This document shows, piece after piece, positions 50,726 through 63,060 of a stretch of DNA of 64,000 nt (position 1 is the first letter of the stretch; each line of letters opens with the position of its first letter). A program made the position numbers and the translations under genes. The notes beneath the pieces were generated by a model, which made no database searches, was not told where the DNA came from, and worked only from the letters and a program-made list of their open reading frames with translations. The DNA is from Batkoa obscura (lineage: Eukaryota). Location of the stretch: assembly GCA_030770535.1 (NCBI GenBank), contig JASVEC010000025.1, positions 248,001 through 312,000 of the forward strand, read 5' to 3'.

Positions 50726-51291
50726 TGTGGAATATTGGTTTATCAGCTCTCGGATTGATTATGTTATAATCAATCATTTAAGTTGTTGTGTTCTAAAGTT
50801 CAAACACAATCGAGCCAGAGCCCCTTATGTGAAAGTTGGTACTCAGTGGTAGGAGTTGAAAGCAGTTCTTGGCTGATTAAGTTGTCTTGAGTCGAACGGT
50901 CTTAGTTTATATAACTAAGATAGACTTAAATGAATAAGAATAATACGTAATAAGTTACGAACTATGTAAAACAAATAGAATAGAAGATACTACTGTAAAG
51001 TCTACGTAAGATGTTGTCAGAAAGACTTGATGGCTTTATTAATGGTACTATATCAAGGAGTAATTCAGTTAAAAAGCCTCGAGTTATCATGTTGAAGAAT
51101 CTCTTTTATACTCCAATAAATATGGATATTAGAACGATAAGATAATATTGTTTGTAATATGAAGTTATAAATTCTCACAGCAAATCAAAATAAGGGACTC
51201 TGAGTTGATTGTGTTTGAACTTGAGAACACAGCAACTTAAGTGACTGTTGTGTTATAATCAATCCGAGAGCTAATAAAGCAATATTTCACA
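50726..51291 (+). mobile_element. TGT...ACA repeat unit, copy D, preceded by an inverted copy of its last ~100 bp
   Basis: Unit 50828-51291. 50726-50827 is an imperfect reverse complement of ~51190-51291. Confidence 0.75.
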
Positions 51292-53079
51292 GTAATAAAT
51301 ATTCAAAGAGTAAGTAATTGTAATAATAAGTAAAAACTATTATTATACTGCTTGTGTTACATAGGGATGGTTAATTATAATTTTAGGTCCAACTATCCCT
51401 CCTATATAGCTATTTATTAACTTAGTAATATATTAATAATGTAGTTATAACGTTAAAACAATTTATTTATTTGATAGCAAATCTGGAATATCGGCTATAA
51501 AGTATTAAATAAGAAATATTTTTTAATGACTTTTTATGAGAATATATATTTATTTACATACTACAAGTTTGATTAATATCAGTATATAGGTTATATTAGT
51601 AAAAGCCTTGGTAATCCGGGAATTTGTATTAAATTTAATAGAAATTCCACTAACACAATATAAATTATAATAAAATAATTTAAAACTGTATCGAGTACTT
51701 TTGGTTTTTAATAAAGAATTTGTTTTTACAGAATTTTAAGCAGTTTTCAACATAAAATATTTAAAAATTGGATAAAAAAATGAAACCAATTCGAACATCC
51801 CCATATATTAAAAGTAAATAATTCAATTAATATGAAAACTTTGGATGTGATATATATGATGCATATAATTAATTTGTGAGAAAATCTTAACCTATACTTT
51901 CTCTAACCTTTCTATTCTGCAAACTTTTTGACCTCCATTTATATTTACTATTTAATCATACATAAATGCAGGTGGCAATAATAAATTATTTAATTTCCAT
52001 TTGAAAAAGCTAAAATTCTTTTTAATAGAGTTTATATGAGATATTGATCTTATTCTTTTATAAAAATCCATTCTATCATATCAATCAATGTTAAATAATA
52101 GTAGTATAAATATAGGTAATTACTAATAACGCTATACAATTTATTACAGAATAAACATATCAAATCATTGTTATATCAACAATTATTTAACATTTGTCAT
52201 TTTTAACAAATAATTATTTTATCTTACCATGTTTTACAAATCCATAATTCTTATATAATCTAACTCGTATCATTTTTTTATAAGGTAAAAAAGCTTTTAA
52301 GCTAATTTATCGGAAAATTAAATGATTTCTAACTTTATTACACAAAAAATAAGCTTAAACTCAGAACCAGTTAAATTAGAGATCATCTATTTTTAGTAGA
52401 TTTAATTCAGAACATCTCCTTGGCCAGCAAGGCTTATTTAAATCCCTTAGTTATTTTCGCAAGATACTGATATTGATACCAAGAGATATTCAAGTCACTT
52501 ATAATTCATAGACAAAAAGATCGTTGTTTGATGCCTGAGATGCTAAATTAAATACCAACATTTTTTAAAACTTTATTAATATATTAGTTCATCTTAAACA
52601 AACTTAATTAATTAATGAAGGAAATAGGACTTTTTATAAACATGATGGTACGAGTTACACTATCAACTACCTTAATTAAATAATTAAAGTAAAGTTTACT
52701 GCCACCTTTATGACTCTTGAACGTCATTATCGTCCATAATCTTATTTAGTAACTTAATATTAAGGAGATAATTTTTTCTTTAGTTCATTTAGGTCCAAAA
52801 AAATTATCCCGCTCCACTTTATGTGATTGAAATTTTAGAATCATTAAGATTTAATTATGATTTCATTGGCTAAGATAAAATCCCAGCGTTTATTAATTAG
52901 TTATTCTAGTTATAGGAACCAATAATCGAAGTTGATGATTTTTAAGATCTCTAAATTTAGTAATTATAATATCAATAAAAAAAAAGCATTGGTTGAGGTA
53001 ATATATAAAGGAGATTAAATTCAACTAGAACTCGAACAAAAATCTCATTATTTAATAATTAATCTAACATTTTTTACAA

Positions 53080-53811
53080 ATGTTAACTTCAAGACCATTA
53101 GACCATACTGAAGACACTATAAAGTACGGACGAACTAGATCTTTATCTATCAATAGACCAACCAGTATCCAGCCATCATTTTTAATTAAACCTAGCTTTT
53201 TACCCGCTTGTAAGAAAGTAACTGAAGACTCTTGGTTACAATTAGATTTTTATAATGAAGCTTTATTTGGTTGTAATTGGAAAATTAAAGACAAATCCAA
53301 GAATACATTGCTTAAATTTAAGTTTGAAACTATAGAATCCGCTTTATTGACTACAAAGGATAAGAGCGAAATCTTGGCGAAGATCAGCAACAAAAGGATT
53401 AATTCTCAAAGATTCTATATTTCTCTTGTAAATAATAACAAACTACAATTACCCAGCCATAATCGTAGCAAAAGTGTAGGTTATTTTTCAAATCAATCTG
53501 AAGCAAATTCCAATATTTTAACCTTCACAAACCCTTATCAAACAGACTATCATTTGAAGATAGCAGATAGAGAGTACTCTTGGCAACCATTATTAGTTAA
53601 TTCCGATTGGGTTTTAGTACCTGTATGTAAAGGTGTGGAAGATAAAAAAGATTCACCTATGCCATTAGCTAGATTTAAAAGAAAGGTACTAAACCCTTGT
53701 TTTGGAACGTTAAATTTGCATTGTTCTTTTTCAACAGATGATATTCATGTTATCTTATTAAGCTTAGCTTATATCTTTTACCGTCATTTAAAAAAACCTT
53801 ATGATAATTAG
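53080..53811 (+). CDS. Hypothetical protein, possibly a Tubby/LURP/DUF6593-like beta fold
   Basis: 243-aa intronless ORF with TATA upstream. Pattern of alternating strands, YSW, LARFKRK and a C-terminal hydrophobic helix (inference). Confidence 0.65.
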   Translation: MLTSRPLDHTEDTIKYGRTRSLSINRPTSIQPSFLIKPSFLPACKKVTEDSWLQLDFYNEALFGCNWKIKDKSKNTLLKFKFETIESALLTTKDKSEILAKISNKRINSQRFYISLVNNNKLQLPSHNRSKSVGYFSNQSEANSNILTFTNPYQTDYHLKIADREYSWQPLLVNSDWVLVPVCKGVEDKKDSPMPLARFKRKVLNPCFGTLNLHCSFSTDDIHVILLSLAYIFYRHLKKPYDN

Positions 53812-54530
53812 GCATTATTCTAGTTATCGTTTTTATTCTCTGTGTTTTCTATAGTTACTTAATATTAAAAGTTAGTTGATTTTATCTTTTTGTATTTTTG
53901 TATTTTTGATTTTACCATGATGTGGTTACTTATTTATTATTTATTATTTTTTAACACTACTTGAAATAATGATCCATATTCTTTAACCACTTGGTACAGG
54001 TCATTATCAAGAGCTTCGTACGAATAATATGTTCCACCAAACCATTTTCATGGCAAAATCCAATTAATGAATATCCTAATTAAAATGTACTTAAATTAAG
54101 CTGCAAATTTGATTGTTTTTGCAACATTTAATTTTGCCATATTATAAAAATATGATCATTTTACAATTCCTTCAGTTCTTTACAGTGCTCATTTACCCAT
54201 TTTTTTATTTTATTTAAAAACATAATAAACTTGCCCATTTTCTCAATTTACTAATTTCCCAAAAAAGTTAACCCATTTTAAATAATATGTCCATTCTCCG
54301 ATTTTCAGTTTTTCAGAAAACCATTTGCCCATTTTTTCCATTTGATAATTTTTTATAAGCCACCTGCTTAACATCCAAATTCTACCATTTCTCAAAGCGT
54401 TTACATAAACTCTTGCCCACCTTTCCCACTTTTTATTTATAACCCATTCTCCTTTTTAGTTACCAAAAAAAAGGCCGTTCACTCATTATTTTTAATTGTT
54501 CCAATTCATGCTATTCAAACCACAATAATA

Positions 54531-54684
54531 CAACTACCGCAACTCTATTATGACCTAATCTGCGGTAACTTTTAGAGTTATTTTTTTATTTATTTGTTTT
54601 TTTAAACTAGAATTGTTAGATTTTAGCAAAATTTTATCCTCTAAGTAAACAGTTAACTAAGTCGCAACAAAGTTGCAGAATCTG
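54531..54684. mobile_element. Second copy of the ~160-bp TA-flanked MITE
   Basis: ta|caactaccgcaactctattatgacctaa...aaacagttaactaagtcgcaacaaagttgcagaatctg|ta, colinear with 14612-14777. Confidence 0.5.
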
Positions 54685-55225
54685 TAGTTAGAGATTTTAT
54701 AAAAAAAGAATTGAGGCAAAGGATTAGGGATTAAACTGTAAAGCAATTAAGGAAAATTGATAGAATTTTATATTGAACTGGTTCATTTTTTGTTAGATGA
54801 AAGAAATAAGGAATAGTGAGGCTCAAAAAAGAGTTTACATTGTCCAGACTTCTGGTAGTTATATAAAATAATATACTATAGTTCTATGTAAAAGTAATTG
54901 TAATAATAAAGAAACAGGGATCAAAAATTAAGTAATTATAAGATCATAATTATTGCTCAAGTTAATTTAAATCATTTTTGTTATAAATAAATTGGTACAA
55001 GTATATTTAATTTTATCTCCAAATAAACTTAATAAATCTCAATTAGTGATAAAAACAGCCATTAATCGAAAATTACCCTAACTTGATTGGGGCTCTAAAT
55101 TAACATTTATAAAAGAACGTTTACCGTTTATTTATTAATTTTAATTTTTTTTAGTAAACAACTTTTTTTAATTCTTTTCTCTTAATTTCATCTTTTTAAA
55201 TAATCTAAACAAATTTAATAAAAAG

Positions 55226-56542
55226 ATGGATCTATTTAAAAATAATCCATGGGTAAATCAAAATACAATAAATACACTCAATCATTAATCAACTAACATT
55301 AATTTTGACTTATTAGAAAAAATCGTATAATCAATATATATTTATCTTAGTATCAATTATCCAAGCCATTATTGTTATCGCTTTAGAAGGTGTTTTATAT
55401 GGAATGGTAGTGAATAATAGCTCGATCCAAGAGCAAAGGAATCCGGCAGGAGCTATGAGCGCTACTGATGGCAAGAATCCGTCAGATGTAACTGTTAAGT
55501 CTGTTCAAATTTATATGATATTATTTATGTTTTCACAAGTGTTTCAAGTGATCTTTATTATTGAATCGGTAAAGTTTAAATTAATTAACTTTATTAAAAC
55601 CATAAGATATTAACTCATCATATTATTTAGGTTTACTTTAAAAATATATTACAAATCTTTGCTATCTTAATATTCAATCTGATGACCATGATTTATGCAA
55701 TATTCCAATATACTCAGGTGCAAAGTATAAACAGTGATAGTATATTTTATTTCGACGATATTCAAAATAGAATTAGGCTTATTGTTGGTTTATTGGCTGG
55801 ATTTATAGCTTTAGGTCAATTACTTTTATTCTTTTTCGGCTATAAATTATATCAAGAATTCGGTTGGTATATTTACAAAGTACTTGGCGCGGATATTGGT
55901 ATGAGAAGTAAGTATATGTTATCAAAAACTTTAGATTAATATATTGATGTTTATATTTAATTAGGAATGCTCATCTATTACTATACTTTCTTAATGGCTT
56001 TAAAATTCTCCATCTTCTTTGCTATTGGATTTTTGACTCAATTTTTAGTGTTTTCTTTATACAGTACAGCTGAATTAGCTACCACAGTAGCAGCATTTCC
56101 AATTGCCTTAGTGATTATTTACCTTGGTGTTGTTGGCGTACAAAAAGAAAATAAATATTTATTAGGATCTACTTTAGGGGGATTTGTTTTAGTAATGGCT
56201 TATTTTGCTTACAAAATAGTGAGGTTCTGGACAAGGGATCAATACAGTGATTATAAATATTTTTTAACTTGGTTTGGTAAGAGAGTTTATTGAGAATATT
56301 TGGGATTATGGTATTAATATGTTTACTTTTAGCTGTGTTAGCCTTGTTGGATATCGCTGGTAGCTTTATATTTGGAACACTTTGCTTTAGAAACTTTGAT
56401 AAGGGATTGAAGAATTATAGTAAGTATCAGTTAAGAGTATAACCATAATGGCAGTCATTAATCATTTTTTTTAGTTCATGATAAAGGATTGAAACCTACA
56501 GAAACTAAAGAAGAAGGGGTTATTGATTTGGCGGATGATTAA
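55226..56542 (+). CDS. Multi-pass membrane protein, UPF0658-like, 6 exons
   Basis: YKLYQEFGWYIYKVLGAD, LKFSIFFAIGFLTQF, VQKENK, CFRNFDKGLK. Confidence 0.8.
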
Positions 56543-57023
56543 CTGATTAAGTGTTACTATGAGAGTGTGAGAGTATAAAATATTAGTTAATTATTTATTC
56601 CGGTTTTAATCTATCAATCCAAAGCAGCATTTTTCTTTATAATCTTAATCTATCTTAAAATAAAGCATTAATTTTTTTGTATAAATAAATCATAATTTAA
56701 TAAATACTTGAAATAAAATGTGTTGTTGTTTTATAAGCGATGCTAGTTCTTCAACAAGCTTTTGATATTTTTTATCCTTGTCCTGAACAGATAGCATGTT
56801 GGTATTTGTATTATTTTGAAATATTCATTTTATGAAAGCATTTTAGCTAAAACAAAATGAGATAATTCAAGCTCAAGGTTCAATTATTCTGCAGTATTAT
56901 TTTCTAAAAATTCTATTTGTCTCTTAAAACTGTCTCAAAAAATTCAACCTTTATGGCCTTTACAACAAATTGCAGCTTAATCCATCTCATGAAACTTAGG
57001 GCAATATTCAATCACCGCTATAT

Positions 57024-57121
57024 GGGGGTGTTTTTTTGGCTTCATCACTTTTTCCATCTTTTAAGTGCTATTTGACCGGGAAAATTGTTAGTAAAATTCT
57101 TAAATACAAAAATACATCCCC
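57024..57121 (-). mobile_element. 98-bp MITE family copy
   Basis: atat|gggggtgtttttttgg...aaaaatacatcccc|atat. Confidence 0.9.
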
Positions 57122-57781
57122 ATATAATTACAGAGTTTAATTGATTTTTCAAGAATATTATCAGAGATATTATGCTATCAACATTACCAATTATAAATGT
57201 AATGATTCGCTAGAGAGTAGAGCAACCAGGTCATTAGAATATTGTTGATGATACTGTGTAATTAAGAAAACTGATTGGCAAATTATTTATTAAGGATCCC
57301 ATTTTTTTGATAGAATTCTATGGCTACGGTACTGTCTATCTATTAAATTGTTCAAAATGTTCCAGTGCAGATTCATGCGTCTAAAAAATCTTCAATTTTC
57401 GGTTGGAACAGTAAGTTTTTCTTGATTGGAAAAATGAGAATATTTTACTGTAAATTCCCTAGTAATGTTGCAACTAATAATTGATAATTTATGCATGAAT
57501 TTATATTGGGATATTTCAAACAACCCAATATTAGTTTTAATAACTAGAATCTGAAAGAGACTTTCTAACTAGTAACGTACAACAAACATCTTAATCAAAC
57601 TATAGGATAATAATTAATAAGCATTATGAAAGAATTCAGTTATTAGCTAGGTTCTTATATACTACTAGCTTACAAGCAAAAATTATCAATGATAATCGTA
57701 GTTCTATTTTTTACTTTTAAAATTAAATTTATACATTACAAAAAATCAATAGTACTTGGATTTCATATTTATTGTTTATAT

Positions 57782-57877
57782 AGGGGTGTTTTTTTAGCTT
57801 CATTATTTTCCATTTTTAAGCGCCATTTAAACGGAAAGATTGTTAGTAAAATTCTTAAACAAAAAAAATACATCACC
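57782..57877 (-). mobile_element. 98-bp MITE family copy
   Basis: atat|aggggtgttttttt...aaaaatacatcacc|atat. Confidence 0.85.
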
Positions 57878-59304
57878 ATATGGATTAAAAAACGGATAGC
57901 TTATAAAAAATTCTCAATTTATGAAGTTAGAAAAATTTAAATTAATTTGAATTAGATATTTTTTAAAAGATCCTGAAGGAGCGAAACTACTAGGAGTGCT
58001 ATTGTTGAAAATAGAATTAAACTATCTTATCTAAGACTTTTACTAAAGTTTTAAATATATTGAAATTGAGTTGCGTCTTACTAAATAAAAATTGTTTTAT
58101 ATTTTTAATATAGCCCATTTACAATGTGTATTTTATTAGGACTACTAATAAAATCTCCTACTTTCCAGAATCTGATGCTGTATAATTGAACAAAATCAGT
58201 AAAAGTTGAATGCATTTCAGAAAGTGATGTAAAGAAGACTAGCATTAAAATTATTACTAACTTTGTTGACATATATTAAATATGAATATAAATTATAGTC
58301 AATTAATGCATTTTATACTCATAGGAAGTATATAAGCAATTACATCTCTTCCTCTGGAACCTCTCTTTATTTTATATTTATTTTATGTTTGTTTCTTAAA
58401 CAAAGTATATCTTTAAACCTTATTAGTTGCGTTAATTTAGTTAACTTGATCCAAAGTATTAGTTTTACCTTACAACTATTTAGTAAGGCTTTAAAACCTC
58501 CCATTTTCGCTGATTAAGTAAGTATTAAGTTTATCTTGTTTCACTATATATCAAATTCTCAATTGGTACGTCACTAGCTTAAAGACTTCAAAGCCCTTGA
58601 GACTTTCATTTACAAATCTGTCATATTTAAGCCCTTGTCCAAACGAACAGCGTAGCGTTTTTACTACCTATACTATTTGGAAATTTTCATTTTTATAAAA
58701 TAGCATTTCAAGAAATTCAATACTTGTACATTTTATTTAATCATGATCTCATCTTTTACATTTAATAAAAAAAGTTTAAATTGAAAGCACATGGTAAAAT
58801 TAAAGGTGAAAACTAATGTATTTGAGAGTAATCGGAATATAAAAATTTCAAGGATTTTTCCGTGTTGAAAAATTGGTAGAAAAAGGAGTCATTAATATAA
58901 GTCTATCGTATGTATATAATAAATATTTAATAATATATAAAGTATTGACATTATTGTCAAAATTTATTAGATTTTATAATGGTTTAAGGGGATAAAGTAT
59001 ATAAGTATGTATGATGACTCCAATTGCTTAGTGATGGTGACTACTGCAATGAAATAAATGATCAAAAAAGGGACCAATCAGGGATAAAGGTTCAATAAAA
59101 GCGAACAAGTTTAAAAAAATTAGTTTAAAATTTCAAGTCAAAGTCAAATTAAAAGTTTTATTTTATTATTATCCAAGTTTAAACGTCGATAGCGACATAT
59201 TATTATTATTATTATCTTTTGCAGATTAAGTAAGTAGATTTTGATATTCACTCAATCTCCTCAATATCACACTAACTGTAATTATCCTTCTTAGAAACAT
59301 CAAC

Positions 59305-60323
59305 ATGGCCAATAGCTTCCCAAATTATTTTACTTCCAACGAATGGAATGTTAACGATATTGTACAAGCTTCATTAAATCATCCAAGTGATATAAGTTAT
59401 CATTCAGAATCGGAATTTTCAGATGCATTAACGGAATCCACTATTTATTTAAACCCATCCAATTTATTACCTAATACCAGAATTGGTAATAGAATTGGTA
59501 GTAGGAAGCTTCAAAGAAGGGAAAATGGTAAGAATAAATAATTACATAAAACAATTCATAGTATATAAATAGCCCAATGATTTATTTATATGAATGGGAT
59601 TAAAATCAATAATTTGTATTAACCCGATCTATTCTCTATTTAGATAGTTTAAAAGATCACCCATTTGCTCAATTACATCCAAAAGATATACCCCCACCAG
59701 GATATTCTATCTCAATGCCTTCATTTCATTTTATAGCTAAATATATGGAACCTATGTATCAACAAGAAATATTATTTAAAAAAAAAGAATTTAGAATTAA
59801 TGGAGTGGATAAATATAGTAAAAAAATGTTAAAAGGAATTGAAAAAAGTAAGAGATTAATTGCTGAGTTTGAAAAAGAAATTTTAAGCTTTTTGGCAAAG
59901 ACAGAAGGAAGGGAGAGTGAGGGAAGAAAGGGGACAAGGGAAAAAGATGAACAGTTGTTTTCAGTAAATGATTGTGTGGAGTTAGAATTAAATGCAATAT
60001 TAATTTCTTTATTTAAAATTGAAAGAAGAAAGGACGATGAATTAGTATTAAAAGTGAATTTAACCCATTCTTTAGATCGATTTACCCTTCATTGTACTTG
60101 TAATTATTATAATTTATATTCAAAAAGTAAGTTTATTATTCTCTCTATATATTGTTATAATATAGTATAATATATTGTTAAATTGTTGTATAACGTATTC
60201 ATTTATTATTATTTAGGTATGGATGATAGTTATGGTAATCGAACGGTCGAAATTTATGAACCTAACAGAAAAGAAGGATGGAAAAAGCCCAAAATTTCAT
60301 TTTATGATTATTTATTTAAATAA
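59305..60323 (+). CDS. R3H-associated N-terminal plus R3H domain protein (R3HDM4-like), 3 exons
   Basis: GSRKLQRREN|D, and the R3H motif SLDRFTLHCTCNYYNLYSKS. Confidence 0.75.
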
Positions 60324-60437
60324 ACAGATGAGAAATTGTAACGTAATAATAATATAATATCAAAACTAATATAATATATAATATAATATATAATATAATA
60401 TATAATATATAACAAAATTAATTTACTTTTTTATTAA

Positions 60438-62440
60438 TTAATTTATAGTAATATTTAAACCTAAATTTTTATCTTGATTAGAAAGTAATGGGGTAACTTT
60501 TGAATCTAAATTCAATTGATTATATTCATCCATTATTAATTGTAAATTATTAATTTGTTGATTATTAGTATCTATATAGATTATAAATACAGCATCATAA
60601 CCACCAGCTATAAAGGAGATTTAAATAGAAGAAATTAATATAAAATAAATAAATGATTTTGTTAGTAAGTTTATAATAACATATTTGTAAATATAAAATT
60701 CTATTTTACCTCCTGGTACACCACCAAATATAGAACCTGGTAATTTCAATAATTGATTTAATAATTGAGTTTGTTCAAAAGGTTCAATTGGTACATTAGC
60801 AAAATTCGAAATTAATTTTAATTGATAACGTATATTCTATTATAAAATGAGTTAGTAATTCAATAGTTAATAATCAAAATAGACTTCAATTACTTGAAAT
60901 GTATTTGATAATTGATAAATTATCTCAGATATAGTTGTTGAATTATTTTCAATTTCAATTTCAATTTCAGTATCTTGTTTCTATTATATAATAAAAAAAT
61001 GGAATATAAATGAAAATGTATGAAACAAAATAAATTAACCTCACTTTAAATATTACTTTATCTTGTAATTGTAACAATTGATTCAAATACATTTCTTTAT
61101 CATTTTCATAACACTTAACTAATTTATCCAACAAATCACTCATTAAATTATTATACCCATTTAATTTAGTATAAATTTCAGTTGCTAAAATACAATCTTA
61201 AAACTCATAATTTAATAGTAAATAATATATTTACTAACCTTGTTCAAAGTTTTCTTTTTTCCATTTCAATACTTTTGAAACCATGGAAGGTGTATTGGAA
61301 CCGGTATTAACTTCACCAAGTGCTAATTTGAAATAGGGGGGTAATTGAAATTTATTGATAATAAAACCCCAATTAAAATCATTAATACATTCAATAAACT
61401 TAAGATTATTAAATGTCTAATAAAAAATATTAAATTAATTCACATTAATAAAACTATTTTGAATATTAAGAAAAAAATATAACAATATTACAAACAATAT
61501 ATTACTTAAAACAATTAATACTTACTTCTTCATTTAATATAACACTTAACTTATCCGTTGGAAATCGATTATATTTAATCGAACCAAATAGTGCAGCAGC
61601 TACATCAAATCCAGATCCAATTTTACCTTGTGCTTTACAATGTGCAAATTGAGCTAAATTATGAGCTAAATTCAAAAACGAATCATTATTCTCTTTTTTA
61701 TCTTCTTTTTCTATTTCTCTCATTTGCTTTTCAAACCATTTCAACACAGCTGCTGTCAAAGAAGCTACTAAACAAGCTGATGATCCCAATCCAGTTTTAG
61801 ATACCTTTTCTAACATACCGCCAATTTTACTTTGTGGTTTTAATGATTTTAAATTAAAATAACTGGCTGTTAAATTTAATTGTTCTAATTGCTTAGTTTG
61901 GGAGTAAAAATCATTATCTGCTGATAAATGGATTTCAATTTGTTTTGAAAATAAACTTGAAAATGAAGTTAAGTTTTTGGAAAAATAATCATATACAGTT
62001 TTCAATGTTTGATACACAAATTTATTGCTGTTATTGTTGTTATTTAGTTCACTTAGTAAAAAAATTAATAATTGATTATTATTATTTAAATTGAATTAAA
62101 TTAAATTAAATTAAATTAAATTAAATTAAATTAAATTAAATTATAAATACAGTATAACTTACCATTCCATCAATCCATTTTCAGTGAATTTATAATACCA
62201 TGGTAAATTATCAAATTGAGTTGTTAATACTTTGATATTATAATCCAAATCTTTTTTTGATTTTTCAGATAGATTTAAATTTTCTATAATAGTAGTATAA
62301 AACCTAGCTTCTGTTGTTAATACTAAACCTTGATATTCTTTTTCTAATACAAGATAACCACCAGTTAATAATACTTTTCCTGGACAACTAGCTGTGATTT
62401 TAGTTGAATTAGATGTTGAGGTGTCCACAACGGATGTCAT
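60438..62440 (-). CDS. ERG8: Phosphomevalonate kinase (GHMP), multi-exon
   Basis: SCPGKVLLTGGYLVLE, ADNDFYSQ, KTGLGSSA, HCKAQGKIGSGFDVAAA, VPIEP, GVPG|AGGYDA. Confidence 0.95.
62085..62142. repeat. Intronic (TTAAA)n microsatellite; similar AT microsatellites at 29556-29590, 30134-30209, 30538-30605 and 60369-60411
   Basis: Directly visible. Confidence 0.85.
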
Positions 62441-63060
62441 CTTTTTTTAATATTGAAAAATAATCAATTTGAAATTAATAAAATAATTAAATTTTGAGAT
62501 AAAACTCTGCAAGAATTTTCAATGTTCCTAAATGAAGTTCATTTGAAATTAATTGTTAAACCCTTTTGAATCCCATAGAAATTGCTAATCTATAAATAAA
62601 TGGATTAATTTAAGCTTTATGTTAATATTTTAAGCCTTTGAAATGAAGACCAATGAGATCAACTTTTCTTGGCTATGTTATTAAAGCTTAAATTTAAATA
62701 TAAATTGGGCATTTATTATTTCATATTTATAGAATTAAACTATTATGAAATCTGTGTTTTTAATTGTTTAAAATATAATTAAAAATGCCCAATTTTCATT
62801 TCAATTCAATTTAATCAAATTTTAATTTTTTATTATTAATAGCACGTGGGGTATTAAATTGAAGATTCTTGAGATTTGAATATACAAATATTTTTTTTAA
62901 AATCTGTTTTTTAACTTATTTTCAACTTAATTCTTTCTCCTAATATTTTACTTTTATTTTAGACACTGAAGAAAGATAACGAATAAATTTATTTATAATA
63001 GAATATATAATAATCAACTAATATAATACATTCATTAATTTAGAACAATTCTTTTCAACA

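Larger units (their letters stand above)
49883..51802. mobile_element. ~1.9-kb element with ~45-bp TIRs sharing the MITE's GGGATGT terminus; carries nested insertions
   Basis: Left agggatgtctgaattggcttcattttttatctaatttttaaat; right atttaaaaattggataaaaaaatgaaaccaattcgaacatcccc; flanks acat / atat. Confidence 0.6.

Noticed and set aside
5607..57877. CRISPR-like reading of the recurring 98-bp sequence
   Set aside because: Copies are dispersed in both orientations with TIRs and TSDs in a eukaryotic genome, with no repeat-spacer array.
58096..58272. Short minus-strand ORF with signal-peptide-like start (MSTKLVIILMLVFFTSLS)
   Set aside because: Under 60 codons with no motif or paralog here; hydrophobic starts arise easily in AT-rich DNA.
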